From Haliotis rubra (lineage: Eukaryota): 64,000 nucleotides of DNA. The stretch spans positions 806,001 through 870,000 of the forward strand of contig NW_025767134.1 of NCBI RefSeq assembly GCF_003918875.1, in the 5' to 3' direction. The translations under genes and the position numbers were made by a program. Positions 36,130-48,307 of the stretch are shown in pieces. The notes under the pieces are model-generated. The model did not search any database. It was not told where the DNA came from and worked only from the letters and a program-made list of their open reading frames with translations. Each line of letters begins with the position of its first letter. Position 1 is the stretch's first letter.

Positions 36130-38100
36130 ACCACAATAGGCCCGAGTGGATTTAACATAATTTCACTGAATGTTTGCGGTTTACGTAATAAGCTCCAATA
36201 CCAGGACATTATAAATTTGATAAATACAGTTAGTATTGTTGGACTTCAGGAAACAAAAACAGATGATATAGAGGTGATTAATGTTGATAACTTTAACAGT
36301 GTTAAAAAGCAGGACTTCTGGGCAGAAACGGTCAGGAGGTACTGGGGGTTTGATTAAAAATGATATCTCTAAATATGTTACAGTTCTTCAATCAGATTGT
36401 GATGTGACGCTATGGATTAAGATTGACAAGTGTGTATTTCAATCACCGGACGATGCCTGTATTGATTTGTTTACATTCCACCACAAGGTTCCAAATATCA
36501 TAACAATGACAGTTTCTATGACCTCGAAAGTGAAGTCACTAAATATTTATCTTATTGAAGTAATGTTTATTTAATGGGTCATTTTAATGCCCGTATAGGG
36601 ACAGAAACCGATCTGTGTGAAATAAGCCACGACCTCGGCCGACGGTCTGGTCTTTCTGACCAAGACATGGAGCTCATAAATACTAGATCGTATTTCATCG
36701 ATATGAACATTCAAGAGACCAGGTCTTCGACGGACACATTCGGGAATATGTTATTAGATCTGTGTAAATCATCATCCATGTTTGTTGTAAATGGCCGCTT
36801 GGGCAAAGACATTGGCGTTGGTGAACTTACATGCAGAGACAGGAGTGTTGTAGACTATGTGCTGGCATCACATGATTCATCAATTGTAATTAAAGACTTT
36901 CAGGTGACTCATTACTCAGTTTGCTACAGTGACGTTCATAAACCTTTGTGCATCACGTTTGGAAATGCCTCAGTTAAAATGTTGATGATTATATAGAAAA
37001 TGTTGAAAACGTTTTGTCAGAATACCCAAAAAGATTTGATCCACTTAAGTCACGTGACTGTTAATTGCATTGATGCCGCAGAACATGCTCACGAGAGCAC
37101 GTGAACCCCGTGCAGGTCGCCGTGACCTGACCAGTATCGTTACAGATGTCACTGACAAGCTGGGTCAAGTCTTTATACAAGCTGCTACGCAGGTATTTGG
37201 CCGAAGAAATGTCATTAAAGGACGTAATTTATGTAGGAAATCTAATCCGTGCCAATGGTATAATAAAGATTGTCTTGTCTTGTGCTAAAAAGAAAATATA
37301 GAAGACTAAGAAGAAAATGTGAGAAGACTAGATCAGGAGTTGATAAAGAAAATGTAAGGACATTTAATCGTTTATATAAGAAGACTGTTAAATGGCAATA
37401 TAGAAAGTTTTTGACTTTTGACTTTGACTTTGACGTTGAATCATACTTAGCGACTACTGCCTGTGATGGTGTAGAAATTGATGATATATTTGGGTTTGTA
37501 AAGATTTTTGTACTGATGTATGCTGATGACATGGTCTTATTTGCTGAAAGTCCGGATGAGTTACAGCGTAGTATTAATATCTTTAGAGAGTGGTAGACTT
37601 AAGTAGTGGTATTTGGTTCTGGAATTGCAAGGGTGAATTTTCAAAAATATAATTTTGGTGACGTACCTTTGAACCTGTCAGACACATATACTTACTTTGG
37701 AATAAATTTTCATAAGAATCGGAAATGTAATGCTGCCATTAATTCTCCAAGAGAACAAGGTCTGAAAGCAATGTTTTGGTTGCTAGCTAAAGCAAGACAT
37801 TTACACTTACCGCCAGACTGTCTTGTTCAAATATTCGACCATATGGTTGTACCAATATTATTGTATGGTTGTGAGATATTGGGCCCTTAGGTTTGAAACG
37901 TTAGAATTAGTTCATAGATCGTTTATGAAGAATGTGTTTCATCCACGTAAAAGTACCCCGGCTTATATGTTATACGGCGAGACTGGACGCCTGTCTTTAA
38001 GTATTAATATCTAAAATAGAGTATTATGATATTGGTGTAAAATTTTAGATAATGAAAACCAAAATAGACTTACACGTAACTTGTACACTAAATTATTAGC
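36130..38100 (+). mobile_element. Decayed non-LTR retrotransposon (APE + RT C-terminus; RTE-X/CR1-group-like), internally deleted
   Basis: ISLNVCGL, GLQETK, GHFNARIG, GNMLLDLCK, SVVDY, SDVH; LMYADD, LLYGCEI, MLYGETGR. Many frameshifts; most of RT missing near 37410. Confidence 0.85.
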
Positions 38101-38240
38101 AGTAGACAGACGTTTGCAATCTATCACTTGTTTCAGCTAATATGACAGTATCGTCAGCGTAAAGTAATATCAACAATTCATAAAGATACCAAGCTGGTCC
38201 TCAATAAGCCTATTTACATATTCGAGGCCAGTTACATCAT
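38100..38240 (-). mobile_element. Short inverted RT fragment of a related LINE
   Basis: Minus strand encodes LLILLYADDTVILAETSDRLQ; also present in the duplicate at ~43100-43240. Confidence 0.7.
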
Positions 38241-38277
38241 GTTCATAAATAAAACATTCAAGATTATACAAGTATGA

Positions 38278-38910
38278 ATAACTGGAGAATATGACGTTGT
38301 TGAATTAGTTTTTGCAACTAACTGTAGAACAGGATGTTTTGATTACTTAAGATTATTTGAAGATGAAAGTGAAACAGTATTTATGCAATACAGTATAAAC
38401 AAAGTAAATGGAGAACGGGACGTTTTATAATAGTTATTTTTCCCATGACTTTTGTTGTTGTTGAATTGTTTTTACAAATAACTGGAGAACAGGATCTTTT
38501 ATTGCGTTTAAGATGAAAGTGAAAAGTATTTATAAAATTCAGTATAAACAAAGTTTATAACTGGAGAACAGGATGTCTTATAATAGTTATTGTTCCTAGT
38601 ATGACTTTTTGTTGTTGTTGAATCTGTTTTTGCAAATAACTGGAGAACAGGATCTTTTATTGCTTAAGATGAAAGTGAAATAGTATTTATAAAATTCAGT
38701 ATAAACAAAGTATATAACTGGAGAACAGTATGTTTTATAATAGTTATTGTTCCATGACTTTTGTTGTTGTTGAATCGTTTTTTGCAAATAACTGGAGAAA
38801 AGGATCTTTTATTGCTTAAGATGAAAGTGAAAATAGTATTTATAAAATTCAGTATAAACAAAGTATATAACTGGAGAACAGGATGTTTTATAATAGTTAT
38901 TTTTCCCATG
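38278..38910. repeat. AT-rich higher-order tandem repeat built from ATAACTGGAGAACAGGAT subunits
   Basis: Recurrent ATAACTGGAGAA / AAGATGAAAGTGAAATAGTATTTATAAAATTCAGTATAAACAAAG blocks; fewer units in the copy at 43275-43605. Confidence 0.85.
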
Positions 38911-39271
38911 ACGTTTTTCCTATGACATTTTTCCGGTCACCCTTCAAGATGGCTACCTGTATGCCAAGAGCAAGGTGAAAGGAGAAAATGATAATGTTCA
39001 AGTGACTTTCTAATAAGAGTCATCTGTGGACTGAGAAACATGTGATGTAAAATAATATGGTGCTTGGTCTCATATGTTTGTTGGTACATGTATATAAATT
39101 ATTGGTTTTGACAATATTCACAAGTAAATGTGGATGTGGCAAATATATGTTAATGTACATATATGTTGATGTAGTACGTCTTAATTTAAAAATCATACTT
39201 CATTACATGAATTGATAAAACTATAGTTAACACCTCCACGTTGTCTTTTTATCTGGGCACATACCATTATT

Positions 39272-41185
39272 ATCACACCCACCCTCTACAGTTGGGGTGG
39301 GCAGGAAACATCCACACTTGTCCCTGTGGCTTACCTGGCTTACAGATTGCCGCATACTCCCCGATGCCTTTATCACACCCACCTCTTACAGGTTGGGGTG
39401 ACAGGAGTACGATGCACTTGTCCCTGTAACCCTGGTTTACAAGATTGCCACACTCCCCGATAACTATCACACGCACCTCTACAGGTTGGGGTGACGAGGA
39501 AACATCCCCACTTGTCCCCTGTGTAACCTGAAACCGCAGCGCTGCCACATCCCTGTGTCTTTATCACATCCACCTGCCAGCGCAGTTGGAGAGGGACCGG
39601 GTATCACTTGTCTCCTGGCAGGTTTTGTGAGAAGGCTTTGGCTCACAGCTGCCCACACTCCTATTGATCCTATTACATCCACCTGTACAGTTGGAGAGGG
39701 ACGAGGTGTTGAACGGTTAATGGCCGTAATACTGGGGATTCTCCACACACGGTCCTGTACAACCTTCACCATAACGTTCACACTGTGTGTACAGGCTGAA
39801 GGACAAGATCACTCCACAGTTATCTCCCTTCTTGCTTGCCGACACACATCCCTCTATACGCATAACACTGGTGTTGTTCATATTCTAGCAGGGATTAGAG
39901 ACAGGTGTCTGGACAGTCATGTGAAAACCTGTTTACCATAAAACCTCAGGTCGAGACACTGGATACACTGTGACGTCACATTGTCACAGCAGGGTGGGCT
40001 TATACCTGCCGTCAACACAAGGTCACGTCATTAACGTCACAGTTGCAGAATTGTGGTTGTAGAAACTGGTAACAAAAGATCCGGGTCAAAGATATTTACA
40101 GACGGTGAGTCTAAAATACGTTTACTCATGTTATTGGATAGCAGTCAGAAATAATATCGATAAAAAGTCGATACAAAGGCATACTTCCAGTTGGGAAGCT
40201 GTAGAGAGGAAGATATAGGTGAGGATTGCGTTCAGCTAACACACCTTGACAAATAATAACAGCGTAACACCTACCGCCAACGCACGTCACATATGCTAGA
40301 GTTGGTGATATGAATCTATTTCTATGGCGAGGCATGCTGGGCAAACTGTTGATCTAAAATGTATTTAGTGCAATCTATGTGGATATGGACTATTACTTTG
40401 ATGTTGGATTATGCAAATGTAATATGAAGATGATAATTTTCAGAGAAATCGGATATCGTTACTATCGTGTCTTGCAGTAATGTTTCGCTTCTTTTTACCT
40501 TTTAAGGTACCGACAGTCTAAACCATATCTGAGTTGACTTCATGTGTTGCTTAAATCCAAACAGAATACAGATTTTTTTAAATGGCGAGATGAAGCCAAA
40601 CATTAGTATCCGGAGCATATTTCAATGTCGTTTTAAATGTTTCTAGATATATGAGTCCATGATTAAGTCACATCTGATATGCACTGACATCAATTGTAAC
40701 TACAGACAATACATCTCATCCACAACAAATTCAAGGTTCAGATATACATTTTCTGAGCTTTAACGACATTGTACGCACCTGATGCTACAACATAGACTAT
40801 AATATGAGGCCCTCCATGAGATGTAAGATCTGAAAAGTAAGTAAAATGAACAATTTATTACACAGATGGCCTTTCTATCGTCAAATGTATGTGGTCTTGC
40901 TCAGGTAGACTCAGCACACGCTATGGCTAACGTGCTTAACGAAACATGAACAACTTGTATGTACGTAACTACTGACCAGACCCTGGTAGTTTTATATCCC
41001 CTCAACTCATATTTACATTAGGGTGGAATATATTGTCTTACAAAATGCTGACTTAACACCAGGTTGATGGCGAGCCAACCTTTTTCTGTTTCGAAGGGAT
41101 ATACATCTAGAAAATCGGCCAAGCTCACCCTGTCTCAATTTACATGGGTAACCTTAACCAGAATTATAATTTTCTACTAAATACA
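39272..41185 (-). pseudogene. Indel-rich duplicate of the gene C 5' half (EGF exon, intron, signal exon)
   Basis: Colinear with ~34045-35821; the intron is partly near-identical, the exon is riddled with 1-2 nt indels. Confidence 0.8.
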
Positions 41186-41739
41186 TAACCCGATTTCTTT
41201 TTAATGGAAATCTCAAATTAGCATACATTTTACACACCTGTAACGGTACTGGTTTCAAGATTATGCTGTAGCTTGTTTGGCTCAGATCTGTTAGATACTT
41301 CGTGCTGTAGATTAGAGGAGTAAGAAGATTAAGACTATTAAAGCACTTTCCTCTATAAAAATATTAAATGAGTAGAATTATATGTATCAACGTAAATAAT
41401 ATCTGTACTATTTATTGCCTTCCCTTTAAACTATTAACATTGTACATGATTTATCCATTAATCATTCAAAAGGACAAATACACTCTAGTGTCATTACCTT
41501 TCATATCTGAATTGAAATGCTGCATTATATTTCCGAAGGAGGTCACGGTAGGTTTTTGTTCTACAATCAACTGGCTATTCAATGATCAATGTTAAAATAC
41601 CCAGTAACCTAAATATCTATTTATCTTTTATAATATTGATTGCACTGCTTTCTGTTATCTGAACCTAGCATAATATATGCCAGTCAATATTCAAGTCAAT
41701 ATCCAGTGGAGCGATGACCTGGAAAATACATTGTAATAA

Positions 41740-42944
41740 CACTATATCAGGTTCGGATTTTGTCTGTGAGAAAGTATTATCTGCAGCTGTGGATTAGACT
41801 ACGGCGCATTAAAGTCAATATGCATCATTGATACTTTCCACCGAATGTATTTCTTTGATTGTGTTAAAGGCTAAATATGTAAATGTAATCGGTGCTTAAT
41901 AGATGCGTTTGAGGGTAATAAAATTATAGATTCTTTCGGTATACATTTTTAAATGTTATTTATTCCGCTAAAAATATATAGCGGATCATTCGCTTTCTTT
42001 TGCAGTAGCAGTGTTATGCCTGCAAATGAATGTGTAAATATAGTGAACATTATGATGCACATGACACACATATAAACCACACTTGACACCCTAAGACTAT
42101 AAATATATATGAAAATGGTTACCTATTACTACTTATTGAGCATACAATGCAAGTACTCTCTGACTAAATTTCTTCAATGGTATAGTGACTGTGATTGTCA
42201 TCCATTTATTGGACTAGTGTCTATGTTGTGATAACTTCTGCATTCACATTATATTCGTATTGATTAACTCGAATGCAAACCTCTATTTCACCAGTCTGAC
42301 TAAGTGAATGGGTGAATTAAATTTATGGTTCTCTATTTCAAGAATGATAAATAGACCTCCTGAGGAAAATAATGAAATTGCTTTATAACGACGCGCCTTT
42401 GGGATCTTTCGCAGGAAGGGCATTAACCTGATGTGGTTAATGTACTATATACCAGTACAATCCATGGCATTCAACGTGTCACGACCAAGGGCTGTATCCT
42501 GGGCTAATACCAATCAGCAATGAATGTTTCTGTTTAACGAAATCAGGATGTTCATCTTGAAGCCTCACCTGTCAGTTTTATTAATATGTGTTATGTATCT
42601 AAAGACAGACAGTTACCGTTATACAATTAAGGTCAACTGCACTAAAAGTATATCCATGGACGTGTAATTCAGCTTACATATACACTTTGAATATAGATAG
42701 ATAGATAGATAGATAGACCGAGATAGTGATAGATAGATAGATAGATAGTCGACAGATAGATATATAAATAGATAGTAGTTTAAACCATCCAGATTCGAAC
42801 TAACAATGAGCATCTCTTACACTGCACCTTACTAAATGTACAAAAATATATAGAGAACGATGAAGAGTTCTAACGCAGAAACATACTCAGCAAAGTATTA
42901 CCTGCCGATATCGGCCCAGTGAAAGGACGTGCAAACTCCCGTTA
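41740..42944. repeat. Diverged duplicate of ~44585-45726 (includes GATA microsatellite and SINE remnant)
   Basis: Shared blocks GTATTTCTTTGATTGTGTTAAA, TTCGAACTAACAATGAGCATCTC, GGACGTGCAAACTCCCGTTA. Confidence 0.85.
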
Positions 42945-43968
42945 GTAAAAGTACCCCGGCTTATATGTTATACGGCGAGACTGGACGCCTGTCTTTAAGT
43001 ATTAATATCTAAAATAGAGTATTATGATATTGGTGTAAAATTTTAGATAATGAAAACCAAAATAGACTTACACGTAACTTGTACACTAAATTATTAGCAG
43101 TAGACAGACGTTTGCAATCTATCACTTGTTTCAGCTAATATGACGGTATCGTCAGCGTAAAGTAATATCAACAATTCATAAAGATACCAAGCTGGTCCTC
43201 AATAAGCCTATTTACATATTCGAGGTCAGTTACATCATGTTCATAAATAAAACACTCAAGATTATAAAAGTATAAATAACTGGAGAATATGACGTTATTG
43301 AATTAGTTTTTTTGCAAATAACTGAAGAACAGGATGTTTTTATTACTTAAGATTGTTTGAAGATGAAAGGGAAATAGTGTTTATACAATACAGTATAAAC
43401 AAAGTAAATGGAGAACGGGACGTTTTATAATAGTTATTTTTCCCATGACTTGTTTGTTGTTGTTGAATTGTTTTTCGCAAATAACTGGAGAATGGGATCT
43501 TTTTATTGCTTAAGATGAAAGTGAAATAGTATTTATAAAATTCAGTATAAACAAAGTATATAACTGGAGAACAGGATGTTTTATAATAGTTATTTTTCCC
43601 ATGACGTTTTTCCTATGACATTTTTCCGGTCACCCTTCAAGATGGCTACCTGTATGCCAAGAGCAAGGTGAAAGGAGAAAATGATAATGTTCAAGTGACT
43701 TTCTAATAAGAGTCATCTGTGGACTGAGAAACATGTGATGTAAAATAATATGGTGCTTGGTCTCATATGTTTGATAGGTACATGTATATAAATTATTGGT
43801 TTTGATAATATTCACAAGTAAATGTGATGTGGCAAATATATGTTGATGTACATATATGTTGATGCAGTACGTCTTAATTTCAAAATCATACTTCATTACA
43901 TAAATTGATAAAACTATAGCTAACACCTAATGTTGTCTTTTTTATCTGGGCACATACCATTATTATCA
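42945..43968. repeat. Near-identical duplicate of 37947-39275
   Basis: Both start GTAAAAGTACCCCGGCTTATATG and end CACATACCATTATTATCA. Confidence 0.93.
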
Positions 43969-43972
43969 AGGG

Positions 43973-44356
43973 TAATAATAATAAGTCATCTTCTATAGCG
44001 CACAGTCTCCAAACACCATGTGTTTGCTCGCGGCGCTTCATCGGAATTTGATTCTTATAATCCCGGATAACCCAAGCTATCTGTTAGGCGCTAGAAGGTT
44101 ATAGTCACATGACTTTATCCAACCGGGTACCCATTTTCTGCTGGGTGAACAGAGGCAATTTTGAACAAACTCACTTGCCTAAGGTGAGACCACATGTATT
44201 ACATGTGCTTCGTTGTGGGGCAGGACTGAAGTCCTAGAAACTCTCAGGAGTCAAGCTGCCAAACACGGTCACCCATCAAAGGATTGTCCGAGCTTGACGT
44301 TGCTTAAACTTCACTGATTCGTGACCTGAGCTCTGTGCACAGGACCACACGCCGAC
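43973..44356 (-). mobile_element. Putative 5S rRNA-derived SINE (SINE3) with Deu/CORE-like core and L2-like tail
   Basis: Minus strand head ...GAAGTTTAAGCAACGTCAAGCTCGGACAATCCTTTGATGGGTGACCG (5S A/C box-like); core CCTCTGTTCACCCAGCAGAAAATGGGTACC; tail AAGCGCCGCGAGC...GCGCTATAGAA...(TAT)n. Confidence 0.7.
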
Positions 44357-45162
44357 AAGGCTTATTTAAGCCTTATGCAACCAACCATAAAATGTGTTGT
44401 TTTAAGCGGTCTGTCTTTGGGAGGTCTCTCTTATGGGAAGATACCCTCTGTGCAGCTTAATCTGACACTGTATACTCCACCTGTAATCTCTCCTTTGGGT
44501 CAGTTCATTATGCCAGATTAATTGTTGGGGCACAGGGCTGTAGAGGTTATGGGATGTAGGGGTTTGGGGAGACAAACTTGTAAGGTATCTCTGATGGTTT
44601 CGGTTTTGTCTGTGGTCATCTTCAGCAGAGATTCGACTGCGCGCATTAAATCTGCATCATGTAGTTACTTTAGACTCGAACGTATTTCTTTGATTGTGTT
44701 AAAAGGCTAATATTAAATCTAATCGTGCTCAATAAACGTTTGAAGATATTTAAATTATACATTTGCATATACATCTGTTATTCCTTAAACAAATATTCGC
44801 TATTCGCTTTTTGTGCAAAATATGAACGTAAAAATAGTGTCATTACGAACGCATATAAAATCTAAGACTATAAAACATGAAAAGCACTATTACTGATGCA
44901 TTGAAACCACAAATATAAACCACATGTGTGTTGCTAGTGACTGACTGTGATTGTCGCTCATCCATTTATTTAGTTTTCGTCTTTATGTTGAAATATTCTC
45001 TGCCGTTCACGATTTATATTCATGTGTGATTAACTCGAATGCAAGTGGAATGGGAAATTTCACTCTGTTTTCACCAGTCTATGACTGATAAATTAGATTA
45101 GAATTTCTCTATAGTTCTCCTGTTTTACCGAATGAATCGTGTATTATCGCAAAGGGAAAATA

Positions 45163-45294
45163 GTGAGTGAGGGTTGTTTTATGCCGCCTTTAGGATCATT
45201 TCAGAAATGTCATTGCAGGGCATTAATACAATGTACTCATGTCCGGTATCGATCCATGGTATTCACGACCGAGGACTGTAACCACTAGGCTAAT
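45163..45294 (-). mobile_element. Degenerate tRNA-SINE copy
   Basis: (GAGT)n...TTTTATGCCGCCTTTAG...ATCGATCC...TAACCACTAGGCTA. Confidence 0.6.
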
Positions 45295-45460
45295 ATACAT
45301 GATCTATCAACAGTGTTTCACAGTTTAATGAAATCAGGATGAACCTCTCAGCCTTCACTGTCAGTTTAATTATTTGTAATGGTGTTATGTATCTAAAAAG
45401 ACAGTTGTTCTATAGGCCGTAGAATTCAAAATTTACAGAGATAGATATGGAAGTAGATTC

Positions 45461-45476
45461 AGACAGACACACAGAC

Positions 45477-45511
<35 letters not shown>

Positions 45512-45551
45512 TAGACAGGCAGACAGACAGATAGATAGATAGATAGATAGT
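45461..45551. repeat. (GATA/GACA)n microsatellite
   Basis: Direct reading; counterpart at 42694-42775. Confidence 0.95.
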
Positions 45552-46230
45552 AGTTTAAACCATGGTCCATCTTGGATTCGAACTAACAATGAGCATCTCC
45601 TTACACTGTACCTAAATGTACTAAAATATACAGAGAACGATGAAGAGTTACAACATAGAAACATATCTGAAGAAAGTATTACCTGGATATTATCGACCCA
45701 GTGAAAAGGACGTGCAAACTCCCGTTATGTAGCCGATGTGTAATACTTCCTCATGCATCATATATGCATATGTCATCCATCAATATATATTGCCGGGTAC
45801 TGACTTCCGGTATCGTATATTACATCCTGGCTTAGTCGAGTGTCATAGATTAATATTTTATTAATAAATTAAGTAAATGATAGTTATTTTACAGGAATTA
45901 ATTAACATACGTACAATGAGTGAGTGAGTGAGAACTCCCTATCACCATTGTACTGTCTAAGCAAGTTTTCGAAACGTAACGACATTCAATGTAAAAGCCC
46001 GTAAATAAAGGTTGCAGTCTTTATAGATATATGGGTTAATTGCTATTGACAAAACTTCCCAATAATTGTATTTGGATTGTTGAAGATTTAGAGAGATGTA
46101 CAGTCATGTAGTCCGACTGTATTGAACTGTGACTCTGCCATGGACAATATGGAACACTGTTTGGCCAGTAATTGTGATACCATCCCTCAACATACTGGAC
46201 CAAACTTGATTTCCTTTATCACCTTATATT

Positions 46231-46396
46231 CCGTGACGTTCCGGGTTAGAATTGGTTCTCAGCTAACCATGGTCTTCAGCTCACCAAGAGGCCACTAAGG
46301 GGATCGTGTGGTCTATCACGCTGACTCGGTTAACAAATGTCATCGTATCACAATTCAAACCGGAATATTGCTGCGTTAAACAAAAACAAACAAACA
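46231..46396 (+). mobile_element. Degenerate copy of the non-tRNA short retroelement
   Basis: CCGTGACGTTCCGGGTTAGAATTGG...AAGAGGCCACTAAGGGGATCG...GGAATATTGCTGCGTTAAAC(AAAC)n. Confidence 0.7.
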
Positions 46397-46772
46397 TTCC
46401 TAACACATGATTCTTTCACTTTGTTTATCTGTTTGATTAATTCCTTTCACAGGAGGTGTGTATCGTAAATATCATTTGCGTTTTACTACCACGAAGACCA
46501 GAAACAACATCAAGTCAAATTAGGTTTTAAACCTTTTACGCTTTTACGCGTTCAGTTTCGTAACGCTGCACTAGGTAGTATTACCCTTGTGAGATTATGC
46601 GCTGCGGAGAATGATTTCACCTATTGTCATCGGGTTCGAATCCCATATTCGTTGTGGTTAAGAATATTGGTTTGTCAGCATCATGTCCGCTTTCAAAGTT
46701 TCCCTAAAATGATAAAAGCATAACTTAGGATGACTTCCTGTTTCGCACCCTCCTGATTTGACAGTACAGAAG

Positions 46773-47069
46773 TACAGTGAATACACAGCGCCATTTAGAA
46801 AGTGGTCAGATGTAACATATGTCAAATTGGGATTAAGCTTTCTCAGAATGATGCTGATTCTAGACCTATGCGCCTGTGACAATGGTTCAGATCGCCGACT
46901 GTGCTGTCGATTAGGTGCATGACTCTGACTGTGAGGGTTCGAATCCCGAATGGGACTCAACCTAAAAAAAGTACTAGAATTTGTATCTTACTGAGAAGGT
47001 GTAACCCAAAATATAGCATATGTAACAGAAGTTCTATTCAAAGTGGCGCTACATATAGTGAGTCGCTGT
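46773..47069. mobile_element. MITE-like element: ~90-bp imperfect inverted arms around a tRNA-like core
   Basis: AGCGCCATTT..GTAACATATG..TTGGGATTA..TTCTCAG..TTCTAG mirrored by CTAGAA..CTGAGAA..TAACCCAA..CATATGTAAC..AAGTGGCGCT; core contains GGGTTCGAATCCC. Confidence 0.55.
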
Positions 47070-47349
47070 TCTCCATTTAAACTACAAGGTTAAAGTTCTG
47101 GCCTTCTGTTTTATCAGTCGGTTTCAGTATTACTGCTGAATTACACTTCCTTTCCACAAGGAAATGGTCGCGAGAGATATGACTCAAAACGTTGTCATCG
47201 AGATCGAAGTCTTTTAAGGAAATGTTACACGTATAAAAGTGTCTCATGACATTGTAGAAAAAGATTATCAAATTCAGAAAGTACATAATAGTGTTAATCT
47301 AAATATCAAGAACTACATAGCATACATTTAAAAGTGTTGTATGTGTTGG

Positions 47350-47636
47350 GAATGTTTGCTACTGCTGGCATTATTCAGTGGTATGGGTATTGGTACAATG
47401 TCCAGAGCATTGTTTCAGAAGACGGTTATTAATTTTAAACGGTTACAAAGGTCGTTGTAACAACGTCATTGTTCCCACCAACCAGCACTGCCAGGTCATG
47501 GTGACAAAGCTCATGACAATGGGGACAGTGATTCAAGCCCAGGGACAGCTTATACCTAGAGTTGTAGGATGCACACTCTGTCACCATGCCAAAGAACACG
47601 TGTCCGAGCGTTACAACCGTACATGTAGATGAATGC
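47350..47636 (-). pseudogene. Possible decayed EGF-exon relic
   Basis: Broken frames give HCPHCHELCH, AGWW, KQCSGHCTN after an AG acceptor; stops and frameshifts. Confidence 0.3.
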
Positions 47637-47872
47637 TGTTAAATTCAAGCGAATCAAACAAATTGTATCCTTAGTTAATTCATAAATAAACTCATTAGAT
47701 TCAGTATACAAGCTTTGGCTGAAGAAAGGCAGTGTGTTGTACATTGTACCGTCTAAAATGCAGGTAGAGGTATCGGTATGTATATCCATATTTTCTACCT
47801 CAGAATTTACATACGCGTCGTAAATTTCTAGTGATGGTTACAGACATTCAGAAGGCATCTTGAACTGGATGT

Positions 47873-48016
47873 CTTGAGTTGTTATTTTACACCGTATTCT
47901 GCAATATTCCAGCTATATGACGATGGTCTGTACGTAATCGAGTCTGGACCAGACAATCCAGTGCCGGAAAATCCATGAACTTCGACCTACGCAACTGGGT
48001 GTCAGAGAGCCTGAGA
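47873..48016 (-). mobile_element. Partial copy of the non-tRNA short retroelement
   Basis: GCAATATTCCAGCTATATGACGATGGTCTGTA..AATCGAGTCTGGACCAGACAATCCAGTG. Confidence 0.7.
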
Positions 48017-48307
48017 TCAAACATCCTTTTGTCGAGAATAATGACAGTGAATCAATAGCGTTAAATACGGCATGCCTCTAATACTTTATCATCATATAAA
48101 CATATCCTCAGATATTACATCTTGCATCAATGTTCGTGAGACAATAGATGAGATCCAGTGTTCTAGTTTGTAGTCATGTGTAACACAACATATTTCGTAA
48201 GCAATTTTTTATTCGATTCAGGAACGCATAAAAACAAGGAACATATACATTAAAAGAGGTTAATCTCAAGCGGATATATACAAATCAAGAAAGCCGATGT
48301 ATCATGC

